Positions 47,605-61,170 are shown, counted from the first letter of the stretch. The stretch is DNA of 64,000 bases from an uncultured delta proteobacterium (GCA_963832165.1 CAWHTE010000007.1:480001-544000); one strand, 5' to 3'. The notes: generated by a model not told the origin, from the letters alone. Numbers and translations are program-made.

Positions 47605-48419
47605 TGCTGTGCAAGCGCATCATCCCGTGTCTCGACGTGGATCGCGGCCGCGTCGTGAAGGGCGTCCAGTACGTCGATCACGTCGACGCGGGCGACCCGG
47701 TCGAGGTGGCGCGGCGCTACGACGAACAGGAAGCCGACGAGATCACCTTCCTCGACATCACGGCGAGCCACGAGGAGCGGCGGATCCTGCTCGACGTCGT
47801 GGCGCGCACCGCGGAGAGCGTGTTCATGCCGCTCACGGTGGGCGGCGGCGTGCGCTCGCTCCAGGACGTGCGCGACCTGCTCAACGCGGGGGCCGACAAG
47901 GTCTCGATCATGACCGCAGCTGTTTCGAACCCCGAACTGGTTGGCGAGGCCGCCGTCATGATCGGCAGCGCGAACCTCGTGGTCGCGATCGACGCGCGGC
48001 GCGCCCAGCCGGGCCAGGGCATGACCTGGGAGGTGTGCACCCATGGGGGCCGCCGGCCCACCGGCCTTGACGCCGTGGAGTGGGCGGCCCGGATGGCCGC
48101 GGCCGGAGCAGGGGAAATCCTGCTGACGAGCATGGACCGCGACGGCACGCGCCGCGGCTACGACCTCGAGCTGCTGCGCGCCGTGGCCGACCGCGTGCCG
48201 ATCCCCGTGATCGCATCCGGAGGCGGCGGCAGCGCCGAGGACCTCGCGAGCGCGCTGGACGACGGCCCCGCCGGGGGTCACTGCCAGGCCGCGCTCGCGG
48301 CTTCGATCTTCCATTTCGGCCAGACCACCGTGCCCGAGGTGAAACGGCGGTTGCTCGAGCTGGGTGTCCCTGTGCGCCCCCCGTCGCCGTCCGTTGATGC
48401 CCCCGCAAGGGTGCGCTAG
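47604..48419 (+). CDS. hisF: Imidazole glycerol phosphate synthase, cyclase subunit
   Basis: [33 protein letters not shown] and ALAASIFH. Confidence 0.97.
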   Translation: MLCKRIIPCLDVDRGRVVKGVQYVDHVDAGDPVEVARRYDEQEADEITFLDITASHEERRILLDVVARTAESVFMPLTVGGGVRSLQDVRDLLNAGADKVSIMTAAVSNPELVGEAAVMIGSANLVVAIDARRAQPGQGMTWEVCTHGGRRPTGLDAVEWAARMAAAGAGEILLTSMDRDGTRRGYDLELLRAVADRVPIPVIASGGGGSAEDLASALDDGPAGGHCQAALAASIFHFGQTTVPEVKRRLLELGVPVRPPSPSVDAPARVR

Positions 48420-48625
48420 CTTGCAAACCCGCTGCGAACATAACGGAAGTGCTCGACTTTTTTATGTTTTTTGCCGCCTCCCGAACCCGGTTCGAGAACT
48501 GCGCTAGGCGAGGCGAATTCGACACAATCGATAGTCAGGCGACCACAACAGTGGAGTCGAGCTGCCGCCTGACGACGAGACGCCGCGCGCGCTGTCGCAT
48601 TGGCGTGTAGGGGGGACGCTCCGCA

Positions 48626-48823
48626 ATGCCCGTGATCAAAGTTCGCGACAACGAGCCGTTCGAAGTCGCGATGAAGCGCTTCAAGAAGCAATGCGAGAAG
48701 GCCGGCATTCTCAGCGAGCTCAAGCGCCGCGAGTACTACGACAAGCCGAGTGTGCGGAAGAAGAAGAAGGCGGCGGCCGCACGCAAACGAGCGCTGAAGA
48801 AGATGCGCCGAATGGCGCGCTGA
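48626..48823 (+). CDS. rpsU: 30S ribosomal protein S21
   Basis: [29 protein letters not shown]. Confidence 0.96.
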   Translation: MPVIKVRDNEPFEVAMKRFKKQCEKAGILSELKRREYYDKPSVRKKKKAAAARKRALKKMRRMAR

Positions 48824-48840
48824 GCACCTGAGGTAGTCGA

Positions 48841-50592
48841 TTGGGCCGCATCCCCGACGAGACCATTGCACAGGTTCGCGATCGCGTGGACCTCGTGGAG
48901 CTCGTTGGGCGCACCGTTTCGCTCAAGCGCGCGGGCCGCAGCTACAAGGGACTGTGTCCCTTTCACGGCGAGAAAACCCCCTCGTTCCACGTCAACCCCG
49001 ACCGCGGCAGCTACTACTGCTTCGGGTGCCAGGAGGGGGGCGACGCGTTCTCGTTCCTCATGAAGGTCGAGAACCTCACGTTCACCGAGGCAGTGCGCAG
49101 CATCGCGCGCGAGTGCGGGATCGAAATACCGGAAACGCGCGGCGGCGAGAGCGGCATCTCAGAGGCCGCGTTTGCCGCCAACGACGTCGCCCAGGAGGCC
49201 TATCGCGCCGCGTTCGCCGAGCCCGGCAATCCGGCGGCGGCCTATCTCACCACGCGCGGCCTCCAGCCGGAGGACGCGCAGCGCTTCGAGATCGGCTTCG
49301 CGCCCGACCGCTGGGACACCGTGGCGCGCGCGCTGTCGGCGCGCGGCATCTCGGGATCCACCGGCGAGAAGGCGGGCCTTCTCGCGCCGCGCGAGCGCGG
49401 CGATGGGTTCTACGACCGGCTGCGCGGGCGGCTCACATTCCCGATCCGCGACGCGCGGGGCCGCGTGATCGGGTTCGGCGGGCGCGCGCTCGGCGCCGAC
49501 CAGGAGCCGAAGTACCTGAACACGCCCGAGAGCCCGATCTTCCACAAGCGCGAGGCGTTCTACGGCCTGTCCTCCGCGCTCGCGGCGATCCGGCGCGCCG
49601 ACCGCGCCGTCCTGGTGGAGGGCTATTTCGACCGCATCGCGCTCGCGCGCGCGGGCGTGGAGGAGTCGCTCGCCACCTGCGGTACGTCGCTCACGGATGC
49701 GCACGCGCGCAACCTGCGCCGGCGCACGCGCAACGTGGTGCTGCTATTCGACGGCGACGAGGCGGGCCAACGCGCGATGGAGCGCTCGCTCGAAGTGCTC
49801 CTGCCCGCTGGCCTGCGTGTGCGCGCCGCGCTCTTGCCGCCCGGCACCGACCCCGACGATCTGCTCGCGCGCGATGGCGCGGAAGCGCTGCGCACGCTGA
49901 TCGACAGCGCGCCCGACGCTCTCGACTTCGCGATCGACCGCGCCGTGGCGCGCGGCTGCAGCTCGCCCGCCGAGCAAGCCGACGCCGTGGCCGTGGTGGC
50001 GCCGCTGCTCTCGCGGATCCCGTCCGGCGTCGAGCAATCGGGCTTCGCCCAGCGCCTCGCGCTCGCGGTGGGCACCGAGGTACGCCACGTAGAGGCCGCC
50101 GTGCGCGCGGCCGCGCGGGGCGGGGACGCGCGCGACGCGGTGCCGATCCCCGTGCGCGCGGGCGGACCCGAAGAGCGCAAGATCCGGCAACTCGCGCGCA
50201 GCCTCGTCGAGCATCCCGATCTCGCCGGGCGCGTTTCGCGCGAAGAAATGCACGAGCTCGTGCCGGCGGGTCCGCTGCGCGAGCTGATCGCGGCGCTGCT
50301 CGAGGCAGCCATCGAAGACCGCTCCGTGCCCCTCGAGGAGCTCGCGGGCCGTCTCGGCCCCGACGAGGAGCGCTTGCTGCGCCAGCTCTCGGCTGGCGAC
50401 GAGGCGATCGACGCGGGAGCCGCCGCGCGCACGATCGACGACACGATTCGCTGGCTCCGCAAAGAGCGACTGAGCGAACGCCTGAAAGCACTCACGAAAC
50501 GGCTGCGCGATCCGGACGCGGATGTGCAGGCCATCCTGGAAGAAAAAGATCGTCTCACTAAAGAGAGGCTCGCGGCCACACACCACCCATAG
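48841..50592 (+). CDS. dnaG: DNA primase
   Basis: [15 protein letters not shown] zinc finger; FGGR, KYLNTPE, VEGYFD and FDGDEAG. Confidence 0.97.
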   Translation: MGRIPDETIAQVRDRVDLVELVGRTVSLKRAGRSYKGLCPFHGEKTPSFHVNPDRGSYYCFGCQEGGDAFSFLMKVENLTFTEAVRSIARECGIEIPETRGGESGISEAAFAANDVAQEAYRAAFAEPGNPAAAYLTTRGLQPEDAQRFEIGFAPDRWDTVARALSARGISGSTGEKAGLLAPRERGDGFYDRLRGRLTFPIRDARGRVIGFGGRALGADQEPKYLNTPESPIFHKREAFYGLSSALAAIRRADRAVLVEGYFDRIALARAGVEESLATCGTSLTDAHARNLRRRTRNVVLLFDGDEAGQRAMERSLEVLLPAGLRVRAALLPPGTDPDDLLARDGAEALRTLIDSAPDALDFAIDRAVARGCSSPAEQADAVAVVAPLLSRIPSGVEQSGFAQRLALAVGTEVRHVEAAVRAAARGGDARDAVPIPVRAGGPEERKIRQLARSLVEHPDLAGRVSREEMHELVPAGPLRELIAALLEAAIEDRSVPLEELAGRLGPDEERLLRQLSAGDEAIDAGAAARTIDDTIRWLRKERLSERLKALTKRLRDPDADVQAILEEKDRLTKERLAATHHP

Positions 50593-50644
50593 CCGCGATC
50601 CCTCCGGTGCCCGTCCCACCGGTGTCGAGGAGTTCCACCCCCCC

Positions 50645-52378
<1,734 letters not shown>

Positions 52379-52390
52379 CGCGATCCGCGA

Positions 52391-52771
52391 TCACAACGGT
52401 TCGAGCTCGTTCACACCGTCCGTGTAGCCGAACGCGGTGAGGATGCCCTCGTCGTTGAAGAACATCGTGAGCCGGTTCGCCTTGAGCTGGTGCTTCTCGT
52501 AGATGAACAGGGTGATGCCGGTGACGATCGGTTCCTCGAGCTCGAGCTCGCTCGTGTTCTCGCGCACGTAGCGGTAGATCAGCACCTCGCCGTTGTGACG
52601 GCGCTGGATCTTCTCGGGCGCGCCGAACAACTCGAGCGCCTCCCTCATCGTGGTGACGCCGGGGTGCAGCACCACGCGCGGATCCGAGCGAAAGGTGTTG
52701 CCGACGTAGTCGCGCCCGATCGTGCAGGCACCACACAGCAGCGCCAGGGCGACCACGAGCGCGCGCGTCAT
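52391..52771 (-). CDS. Putative lipoprotein, SmpA/BamE-like domain
   Basis: Lipobox (LCGAC); GVTT..EALELFGAP..YRY..LTMFFNDEG pattern. Confidence 0.6.
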   Translation of the reverse strand: MTRALVVALALLCGACTIGRDYVGNTFRSDPRVVLHPGVTTMREALELFGAPEKIQRRHNGEVLIYRYVRENTSELELEEPIVTGITLFIYEKHQLKANRLTMFFNDEGILTAFGYTDGVNELEPL

Positions 52772-53262
52772 CGCCGTTTGCCCCGCAAGCGCTGGATCAC
52801 GGGGTCTTCCTTGCGGCGGCTCTGCTCGGCTGTTTCCACGGCCTCCGGCTCCTTCCCGCGCTGGCGCGTGACGCCGTAGTAGAGCACGCGGTCGTGCTCA
52901 TCGAAGAACACCACGAGCCGGTCGCGCTTCACGTCGACGCGCGCCCAGTTGAACACGATCGTCATCATGATCCGCGCGTCGCCCTCGAGAATCTCGAACG
53001 CGAGCATGTCGCTGAACGGCAGCGCGACCAGGTCCTCCGCGGCGATCTCGCCCGCGTCGAACATGCGCGTGAGCACCTCGCCGTCGGTGGCCTCATAGGG
53101 CGCGCCGAACCAGCGCAGGATCTCGTCCTTGGTGGTCTGCCCCGGGACGATGTTCGCGACCCGGTCGGCGGGAATCTCCGTGCCCGTGACGACGCCGATG
53201 TTGAAGCAGCCGCAGAGCGCGAGCGCACCGAGTGCGGCGAGGGCAACGACGATCCGGGGCAT
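52768..53262 (-). CDS. Putative lipoprotein, SmpA/BamE-like domain
   Basis: Lipobox (LCGC); IVPGQTTKDEILRWFGAP..LVVFFDE..V. Confidence 0.6.
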   Translation of the reverse strand: MPRIVVALAALGALALCGCFNIGVVTGTEIPADRVANIVPGQTTKDEILRWFGAPYEATDGEVLTRMFDAGEIAAEDLVALPFSDMLAFEILEGDARIMMTIVFNWARVDVKRDRLVVFFDEHDRVLYYGVTRQRGKEPEAVETAEQSRRKEDPVIQRLRGKRR

Positions 53263-53275
53263 AGCGGTCAGGAGA

Positions 53276-54616
53276 CTAGCCCGCGCCAACCCACGCGGCG
53301 TAGTCTCCGCCGTACCCCACCGTCTGCTGGCGCTTGCTCACGCGCTCGCGCACCGATGCAAGCGCGGCCGCGCCGATCCGCGGCTGCACGCAGATGGCGT
53401 CGGCGATCTGTGACGCCTGCGCGCGCGCGGCCTCGGCGAGCGCCTCGCCGAGCTTCTCCTCGCCCTCATGGCCGTTCTCGCCCAGGCCCAGGAACGCCTC
53501 CATCACCTTCGCGCTCACCTCGCGAGCGTGCTTGCGCGACGCCACGATGTTGCCCTTGCCCGTCACGACGTTTCCCGCCGAGAACACCGTCGGATAGTTG
53601 GCGAGCCGGCCGATGTCCCAGTCGGTGAACTCGAACAGCTCGCCCTTCATCGGGATGCCGGGAATCTCCTTCGGAACGCTCCCGATCGAGCTGATCGTGT
53701 AGACGCCGCGCCGCTCGAAGGTCTCGTCGAGCGGGATCACGCGGCTGCCCTCGATCTTCGTTCGGCGGAAGCGCAGCCCCACGAGCTGCCCCCCCTCGAC
53801 GATCAGCCCGTCGGGCAGGCAAAGCGGCTCGAAGCGGAACCGGTACTTCTCCATCGCCTTCGCGAGCATCTTGTGGCGCCCCGCATACACCTTCTCGCGT
53901 CGCTTCTCGTCGGCGCCGTCCGGCATCTCCATCAGCGGCATGTCCGCTGCGCTGCGGCGGTAGAACAGCGTGCAGCCCTCGATGCCGAGATCCTCGAACG
54001 CGAGGCCGTGGCGCTCGAGCGTCTTCGGGATGCCCTTCACCTCCATCTCGACGAGGTCCACCTCGATGCCGCGCTCGCGCAATTTCGCGCGCGTGGTCTC
54101 GAGCATCAGCACCTTCACCACGTCGATCGACGCGAGGCCGCCGCCAACCACGAGCGCGCCGTCGCGCGGCTCGAACACGGGGCCCTGGTAGCCGGGCTCG
54201 TCCGCGTGGTTGAACCAGACGATGAAGGGATTCTGGTAGATGAGGCCGCGGCCCTCGTAGGCGTCGGCGCCGTCGATCGCCAGCGGCCGGTCGCGCCACG
54301 CGCCGCACGCGAGCACCACGCCCGTGAAGCCCCACTGATCGGCGAGCTCGCGGAAGCCGATGTCGCGGCCGATCTCGGTATGCGGAACGAACGAGACGCC
54401 CGGCAGCGAGAGCTTGCTGCCGATCGTCTCGTATTCCTTCTCGCGCAGCGCCACGTGCCAGCGCGGCAGACCGTCTTCGATCTTGCCGTACGGTCGGCGG
54501 TTCTGTTCGAACACCGCCACTTCGATGCCGCGCTCGGCGAGCGCACCGGCGACTTCCGCGCCGGCAACGGCGCCGCCGATCACGGCGACGCAATGGGAAG
54601 GCTGGGTCGGGCTCAT
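53276..54616 (-). CDS. FAD/NAD(P)-dependent oxidoreductase (ferredoxin-NADP reductase/GltD-like)
   Basis: VAVIGGAVAG Rossmann motif, PYGKIEDGLP, LVVGGG and YRR. Confidence 0.72.
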   Translation of the reverse strand: MSPTQPSHCVAVIGGAVAGAEVAGALAERGIEVAVFEQNRRPYGKIEDGLPRWHVALREKEYETIGSKLSLPGVSFVPHTEIGRDIGFRELADQWGFTGVVLACGAWRDRPLAIDGADAYEGRGLIYQNPFIVWFNHADEPGYQGPVFEPRDGALVVGGGLASIDVVKVLMLETTRAKLRERGIEVDLVEMEVKGIPKTLERHGLAFEDLGIEGCTLFYRRSAADMPLMEMPDGADEKRREKVYAGRHKMLAKAMEKYRFRFEPLCLPDGLIVEGGQLVGLRFRRTKIEGSRVIPLDETFERRGVYTISSIGSVPKEIPGIPMKGELFEFTDWDIGRLANYPTVFSAGNVVTGKGNIVASRKHAREVSAKVMEAFLGLGENGHEGEEKLGEALAEAARAQASQIADAICVQPRIGAAALASVRERVSKRQQTVGYGGDYAAWVGAG

Positions 54617-54676
54617 GGCGGGTGCATTGTAACCGCACCCGCTCGGGTCGCTTGGTCCGGGGAAAGTAGTTCGGGG

Positions 54677-54736
54677 CCACTCCGCCGCGGGCTCCCTCCG
54701 CGGCGCTTATTGGGTAAGGCGCCCGCGGCGGAGTGG
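54677..54736. terminator. Strong stem-loop (16-bp perfect inverted repeat) downstream of the hemerythrin-like gene
   Basis: CCACTCCGCCGCGGGC (54677-54692) / GCCCGCGGCGGAGTGG (54721-54736); no clear U-tract. Confidence 0.4.
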
Positions 54737-54762
54737 TGTCCTGACCTCCCCCGATAAAACGT

Positions 54763-55206
54763 TCAGCCGACCTCGACGTCGGCGAAGACTTCGCCGCGCA
54801 GAAGATCGGGATCGAAGAACAGGCGCTCTTCCTCGTCGAGCTCGTTGCGCACCATGGCTGCGAGATCGCGCAGTCCGTCTGCGATCAAGAGCGGCGGCCG
54901 ACTCCGGTCGGTGATCTCTTCGAGCTGGAAGCGCAGCATCTCGCGCTGTGCGCGCTGTTCCTGCTCGGCGCGCGCCGCGCGCTCGGGACCGTAGAACTCG
55001 CGAATCGCCGGGAGCAGATACTTCTCTTCCCAGGTGATCTGGGTTTCGAGCGCTTCGAGCAGCTCGAGACCGCGCACGCACAGGAAAGGCGACAGGGCCG
55101 AGCGACCGGATGCCACCGAGAGCGCCAGCGCTTCGATCTCGTTCAGACGGGTCCGCAGGTCGCGGTGATCGAGAATCATGTGGTGCCGCAGATCAAAGAG
55201 TCCCAT
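54763..55206 (-). CDS. Hemerythrin/HHE-like four-helix protein with degenerate metal ligands
   Basis: DHRDLR..QITWEEKYLLP..EQRAQRE..ELDEEERLFF repeat pattern; GGAGGAGG RBS. Confidence 0.62.
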   Translation of the reverse strand: MGLFDLRHHMILDHRDLRTRLNEIEALALSVASGRSALSPFLCVRGLELLEALETQITWEEKYLLPAIREFYGPERAARAEQEQRAQREMLRFQLEEITDRSRPPLLIADGLRDLAAMVRNELDEEERLFFDPDLLRGEVFADVEVG

Positions 55207-55240
55207 GTCGCCTCCTCCGAGTAGGAATGCGCAGGGGTAG

Positions 55241-55256
55241 TGCAAAAAGGAGGCCA
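55241..55256 (-). promoter_or_regulatory. Sigma54 promoter toward the hemerythrin-like gene
   Basis: Minus strand TGGCCTCCTTTTTGCA (GG-N10-GC). Confidence 0.6.
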
Positions 55257-55266
55257 GCCTATTGCA
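55251..55266 (+). promoter_or_regulatory. Sigma54 promoter toward the globin-kinase gene
   Basis: AGGCCAGCCTATTGCA (GG-N10-GC). Confidence 0.55.
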
Positions 55267-55313
55267 GAGCCGGTTGACAGCGGTTCGTTTCGCGCAGAGG
55301 ATGTTTTGCGCCC

Positions 55314-56573
55314 ATGGCCCGCAAACCCGTCGAAGAGCGTTTGAGCTATTTGGGGCTCGACCGGGAAGAGCTGACCCTGCTCGCCGAGCTGCGTCCGATC
55401 CTGGTCGCCCACGCAGATGAAGTTGTCGAGTCCTTCCACCGGCAACTACTACTGTTTCCCGAAACCCGCCGACTGTTCCTGGAGCCTCGCGCGAAGGAGC
55501 GCTTCGTGGCCGGGCGGCGTCATCACCTGGTGTCGCTCGCCAATACGCACTTCGGTGACGAGTACATGCGCGAGCGCGAGCGATCGGCCATCGCGCAGGA
55601 GCGGGCGGGCCTCGGGCCCGAGTGGACGATCCGGCTCGCGGTCCAGTTCTTCTCCCTTCTCGCCCCCGTGCTGGGGCGAGAGTTCGCGCACGACGTCGAA
55701 AAGGCCACGCGAGTGGTATCGGCGCTGGCCGCGCGCATGGCCCTCGACGTGGAAGTGGCCGTCGAGTCGTACATCGAGCGGCACGAGCAGGGCCTCTCGT
55801 ACCTGGCTGACGAGCTCGCGCGCCAGAGCCGCATCCTCCAGCGCAGCCTGCGCGAGCAGGGCGTCGCGCTCCAGCAGACCACCGCGCGCGCGCGCGCGGC
55901 CGAGGAGCTCGCCTCGATCGCCACGCTCGTGGCCGGTCTCGCGCACGAGATCGGCACCCCGATGAGCGTGATCCAGGGGCACGCCAAGCTGCTCGAGGGC
56001 AGCGTCTCGGGCGAAGACGCGAAGTGGCGGATCCAGACGATTCAGGAACAAATCGAGCGCATCTCGCGCATCATCCACACGCTGCTCGAGATCGCGCACC
56101 CGCGCCGCGCGCGCACCCAGCCCGTCGATCTCGCCACGCTGATCGACCAGACATTGGCCTTTGTTTCCGAACAGTTGGAAACCCGGGGCGTGCGCGTGAA
56201 GCAATCTCTTGCGCCGGGCGTACGCGTGGACGGCGACCCCGAGCGCCTCCAGCAGCTGTTCCTGAACCTGTTCCTGAACGCAGCCGATGCGATGCCGGGA
56301 GGCGGGGAGCTCCGGGTGGCGCTCGGCGAGAGCGATGGCGAGGTCTCGGTGCGCGTCGGGGATACCGGCGTGGGGATCGCGCCCAGCGATCTCGAGCGGA
56401 TCTTCGAGCCCTTTTTCACCACAAAGGAGGCAGGCCACGGCAACGGGCTCGGCCTCATGGTGTGCAAGGGCATCGTGGCGGACCACGGCGGCAGAATCGA
56501 CGTAACGAGTGAGCTTGGAGCCGGAACCGAGTTCACGATCGTGATGCGTCCCGCGGGGGCAGCCGGCAAGTGA
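55314..56573 (+). CDS. Globin-coupled (protoglobin-like) sensor histidine kinase
   Basis: N-terminal sensor-globin pattern; intact AHEIGTP, NLFLNA, DTGVG, FEPFFTTK and GNGLGL. Confidence 0.85.
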   Translation: MARKPVEERLSYLGLDREELTLLAELRPILVAHADEVVESFHRQLLLFPETRRLFLEPRAKERFVAGRRHHLVSLANTHFGDEYMRERERSAIAQERAGLGPEWTIRLAVQFFSLLAPVLGREFAHDVEKATRVVSALAARMALDVEVAVESYIERHEQGLSYLADELARQSRILQRSLREQGVALQQTTARARAAEELASIATLVAGLAHEIGTPMSVIQGHAKLLEGSVSGEDAKWRIQTIQEQIERISRIIHTLLEIAHPRRARTQPVDLATLIDQTLAFVSEQLETRGVRVKQSLAPGVRVDGDPERLQQLFLNLFLNAADAMPGGGELRVALGESDGEVSVRVGDTGVGIAPSDLERIFEPFFTTKEAGHGNGLGLMVCKGIVADHGGRIDVTSELGAGTEFTIVMRPAGAAGK

Positions 56574-56767
56574 AAAGCAAACAGGGGTATATCTCCCGGT
56601 CTCGACTCCTGGTCGCGGCGAAATACCCCTGAGAAAAACGTCGATTGAAAGTAGTTAGTGTGTAGAATTATCACGGGTTCCCCCCCCCGTGGAGATTGCG
56701 TAACAGCACTTACACACCCTCAACCTGCCCGAGGATCCTCGAGCCGTTCCCTCGAGAGGAAACAGAT

Positions 56768-58154
56768 ATGGCTGCTGCACAACTCCTGCTCGTCGAAGAC
56801 GACAGCGCGATGCGCGAGATGCTCGAGTCGTTGTTCCGCCAGCAGGGTTACGTGGTTTCGGAAGCTTCGACCGCGAGCGCCGCGCTCGAGCTGGCGCGCG
56901 AGACCGACTTCGACGTCGTCCTCTCCGACATCAAGATGCCGGGCAAGTCGGGACTCGAGCTGGTCGGCGATCTGCGCGAGCTGCGCCCCGACACGCCGGT
57001 CGTGCTCATGACCGCGTTCGGCAGCATCGACACCGCAGTGGACGCGATGCGCGCGGGTGCGTTCGGCTACACGACCAAGCCGTTCCAGCCCGAAGAAGTG
57101 ATTCGCACCGTGAAGCGCGCGCTCGATCGCCGCTCGGTGGAAGACAACAACCGCAAGCTGCGCGGTGCGAACAGCAGCTCCAGCTTCAAGGAGCTCATCG
57201 GCGAGAGCCCGTCGATGCGCAACGTGTTCGCGGTGATCCGCCGCGCCGCGCACGTCGACGCGAGCGTCCTGATCACGGGCGAGAGCGGAACGGGCAAGGA
57301 GGTGGTGGCGCGCACACTGCATCACCACGGCCGTCGCGTGAACAAGCCCTTCCTCCCGATCAACTGCACCGCGATTCCGGAGGGACTGCTCGAGAGCGAG
57401 CTGTTCGGCCACGTGCGCGGCGCGTTCACGGGAGCCGTCGCGACCAAGCGCGGCCTGTTCGAGCGCGCCGATGGCGGCACGCTCTTCCTCGACGAAATCG
57501 GGGACATGGGAGCGGGCCTCCAGGCCAAGCTCTTGCGCGTGCTCCAGGACCACGAGGTACGACCGGTCGGCAGCACGCAGGCGATCAAGGTCGATGTGCG
57601 CATCATCGCGGCCACCAACCGCAACCTCGACGTCGAGATGGAGGCCGGGCGGTTCCGCGAGGACCTCTACTACCGGCTCAACGTGATCCCGATCCATCTG
57701 GCCGCCGCTGCGCGAGCGGCCCGAAGACGTGCCGTCGCTGGTGGAGGCATTCACGCGCAGGCACAGCGGCGACCGGCCGCGGCGCTTCTCGCGCGACGCG
57801 ATCAGCCGGCTGCAGACGCAGACGTGGCGCGGCAACGCGCGCGAGCTCGAGAACGTGATCGAGCGGACGCTCGCGCTCTCCGACGCCGATCTGCTCAGCG
57901 CGCAGGACCTGCCGATCTTCGGCGCGGGCAACGACGAGATGGGCTTCCCGACCGCGTCGAACGCGGTGGCCGACGGCGGGCTCGAGCGGGCGCTCGACGA
58001 TGCCGCGCGCCACGGGCTCACGCTGCGCCAGGTCGAAGACCTCTACATCGAAAAGATGCTCCTGGTGACGGGCGGGAAGAAGGGCGAGGCCGCGCGGCTG
58101 CTCGGCATCGACCGCAAGACCCTCTACCGCCGCGATCCGACGTCCAACCAGTAG
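56768..58154 (+). pseudogene. Sigma54-dependent NtrC/AtoC-family response regulator with a +1 frameshift near 57700 (possibly sequencing error)
   Basis: [28 protein letters not shown]; an extra G in CTG-G-CCG-CCG breaks LPPLRER; the second frame carries [10 protein letters not shown] and the Fis HTH ([10 protein letters not shown]). Confidence 0.85.
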
Positions 58155-58201
58155 GGCGAAGGGCGCGAAACAGCCTACGATTCCGGCCCGTGGAGGGTCG
58201 T

Positions 58202-59971
<1,770 letters not shown>

Positions 59972-59977
59972 CGCGCG

Positions 59978-61066
59978 TCATGTTGGCGCGTCGTCGGTGC
60001 GCACGAGCTTGCGTCCCGGTGCGAGCGGCAGATCGAGCGCGGTCACGAGTCCCGGCGCCGCTTCGCACACCGCAGGAATCGCGTTGACCACGCGCATCGC
60101 GGTCGCGAGCACGCCGCCGCGGCCCGACGCGCCGCCCTTGAGCGTGAGATCCAGCGTGAGCGACGGCGAGCCCTCGATCGCGACGCGGTGCACCGACGCG
60201 CGGCCCGCGGGCGGTTGCGGCCAGTCGGGCGCCTGATCCGCGCGCGTGCGCGTCACGTGCTCGGCGCTGATCACGGGTCGGCCCGCGACGTAGCCCGTCA
60301 CCTCGAAGCGGATCGCCGAGACGGTGCCGGGCTCGATCACCGTCATCGGAACTTCGATTCGCTCGACCGCGACGAAGCGCTCGACGCTCTCGCGAATCTC
60401 GTCGAGCCCGACGTGCATCGCCTCCGCGAGCAGGCGCACCATGCCGCTTCAGTAGAGCGTCGGCACGCCCGCAGAGAGGATCGGCGCGGGCGCGTCGGGC
60501 GGCTTGCCGAACCCGAACGGAATCGCCCAGGACGGATCCGGGTGCGTTCCGTAGTCGGCGATCTCCTGCACGCGCACGCGCTCGACGCGCTCGCACAGCG
60601 ACAGCGCCGCGAGCGGCATCAGGTCGCCCGTCCAGCCGGGGTCGATCCCGTTCGTGAACAGCGTCGTTCCGCCCTCGCGGCACGCGGCCGCGAGCACCTC
60701 GGTCACCTTGGGATTGGCGCTCGCGGGGTGGATCAGGTTCATCATCGACGTGGAGACGACGTTCTTGCCCGATCGGAGCAGCGCCGCGATCTCCCCCACC
60801 GCGTCGCGCGTGCGCGTCTCGCCAACCGCCGTGTATACGACGCAGTCCGCCGGCGTGGCCAGCAGCACCGCCGCGTCGTTTGTCGCCACGACCCCCGTGC
60901 GAACGCCGAGCTTCGCGAGCTCCCCCGCATCGCGCCCGGCCTTGCCCGCGTCGTGCACGTACACACCCACCAGCTCGAACGTCGGGTCCTCGATCAACGC
61001 CCGCAGCGCGAGCTTACCGACCGCCCCCGTCGACCACTGGATCACCCGGTAGCGCCCACGATCCAT
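59978..61066 (-). pseudogene. Dihydrodipicolinate-reductase-like / diaminopentanoate-dehydrogenase-like oxidoreductase with an in-frame TGA at 60449-60451
   Basis: VIQWSTGAVG, NGIDPG, EHVTR..APDWP and TAMRVVNAIPAVC.A.PG; both ORF pieces are in the same frame. Confidence 0.78.
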
Positions 61067-61089
61067 GCGCGGATGGTACCGAGTCACTC

Positions 61090-61123
61090 GTAGGGCGGAT
61101 TAGCCCGAAGGGCGTAATCCGCC
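61090..61123 (+). repeat. GTAG-type REP element
   Basis: GTAG foot plus GGCGGATTA..TAATCCGCC stem with an internal GCCC-GAA-GGGC hairpin. Confidence 0.65.
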
Positions 61124-61170
61124 AAACCGCTTCCCGCCTCGCCGCGACTCACGATAGAATCCCGGCGCGC

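Noticed and set aside
60449..60451. Selenocysteine codon
   Set aside because: The position appears to correspond to Trp, not Cys, in homologues, and no convincing SECIS hairpin was seen.
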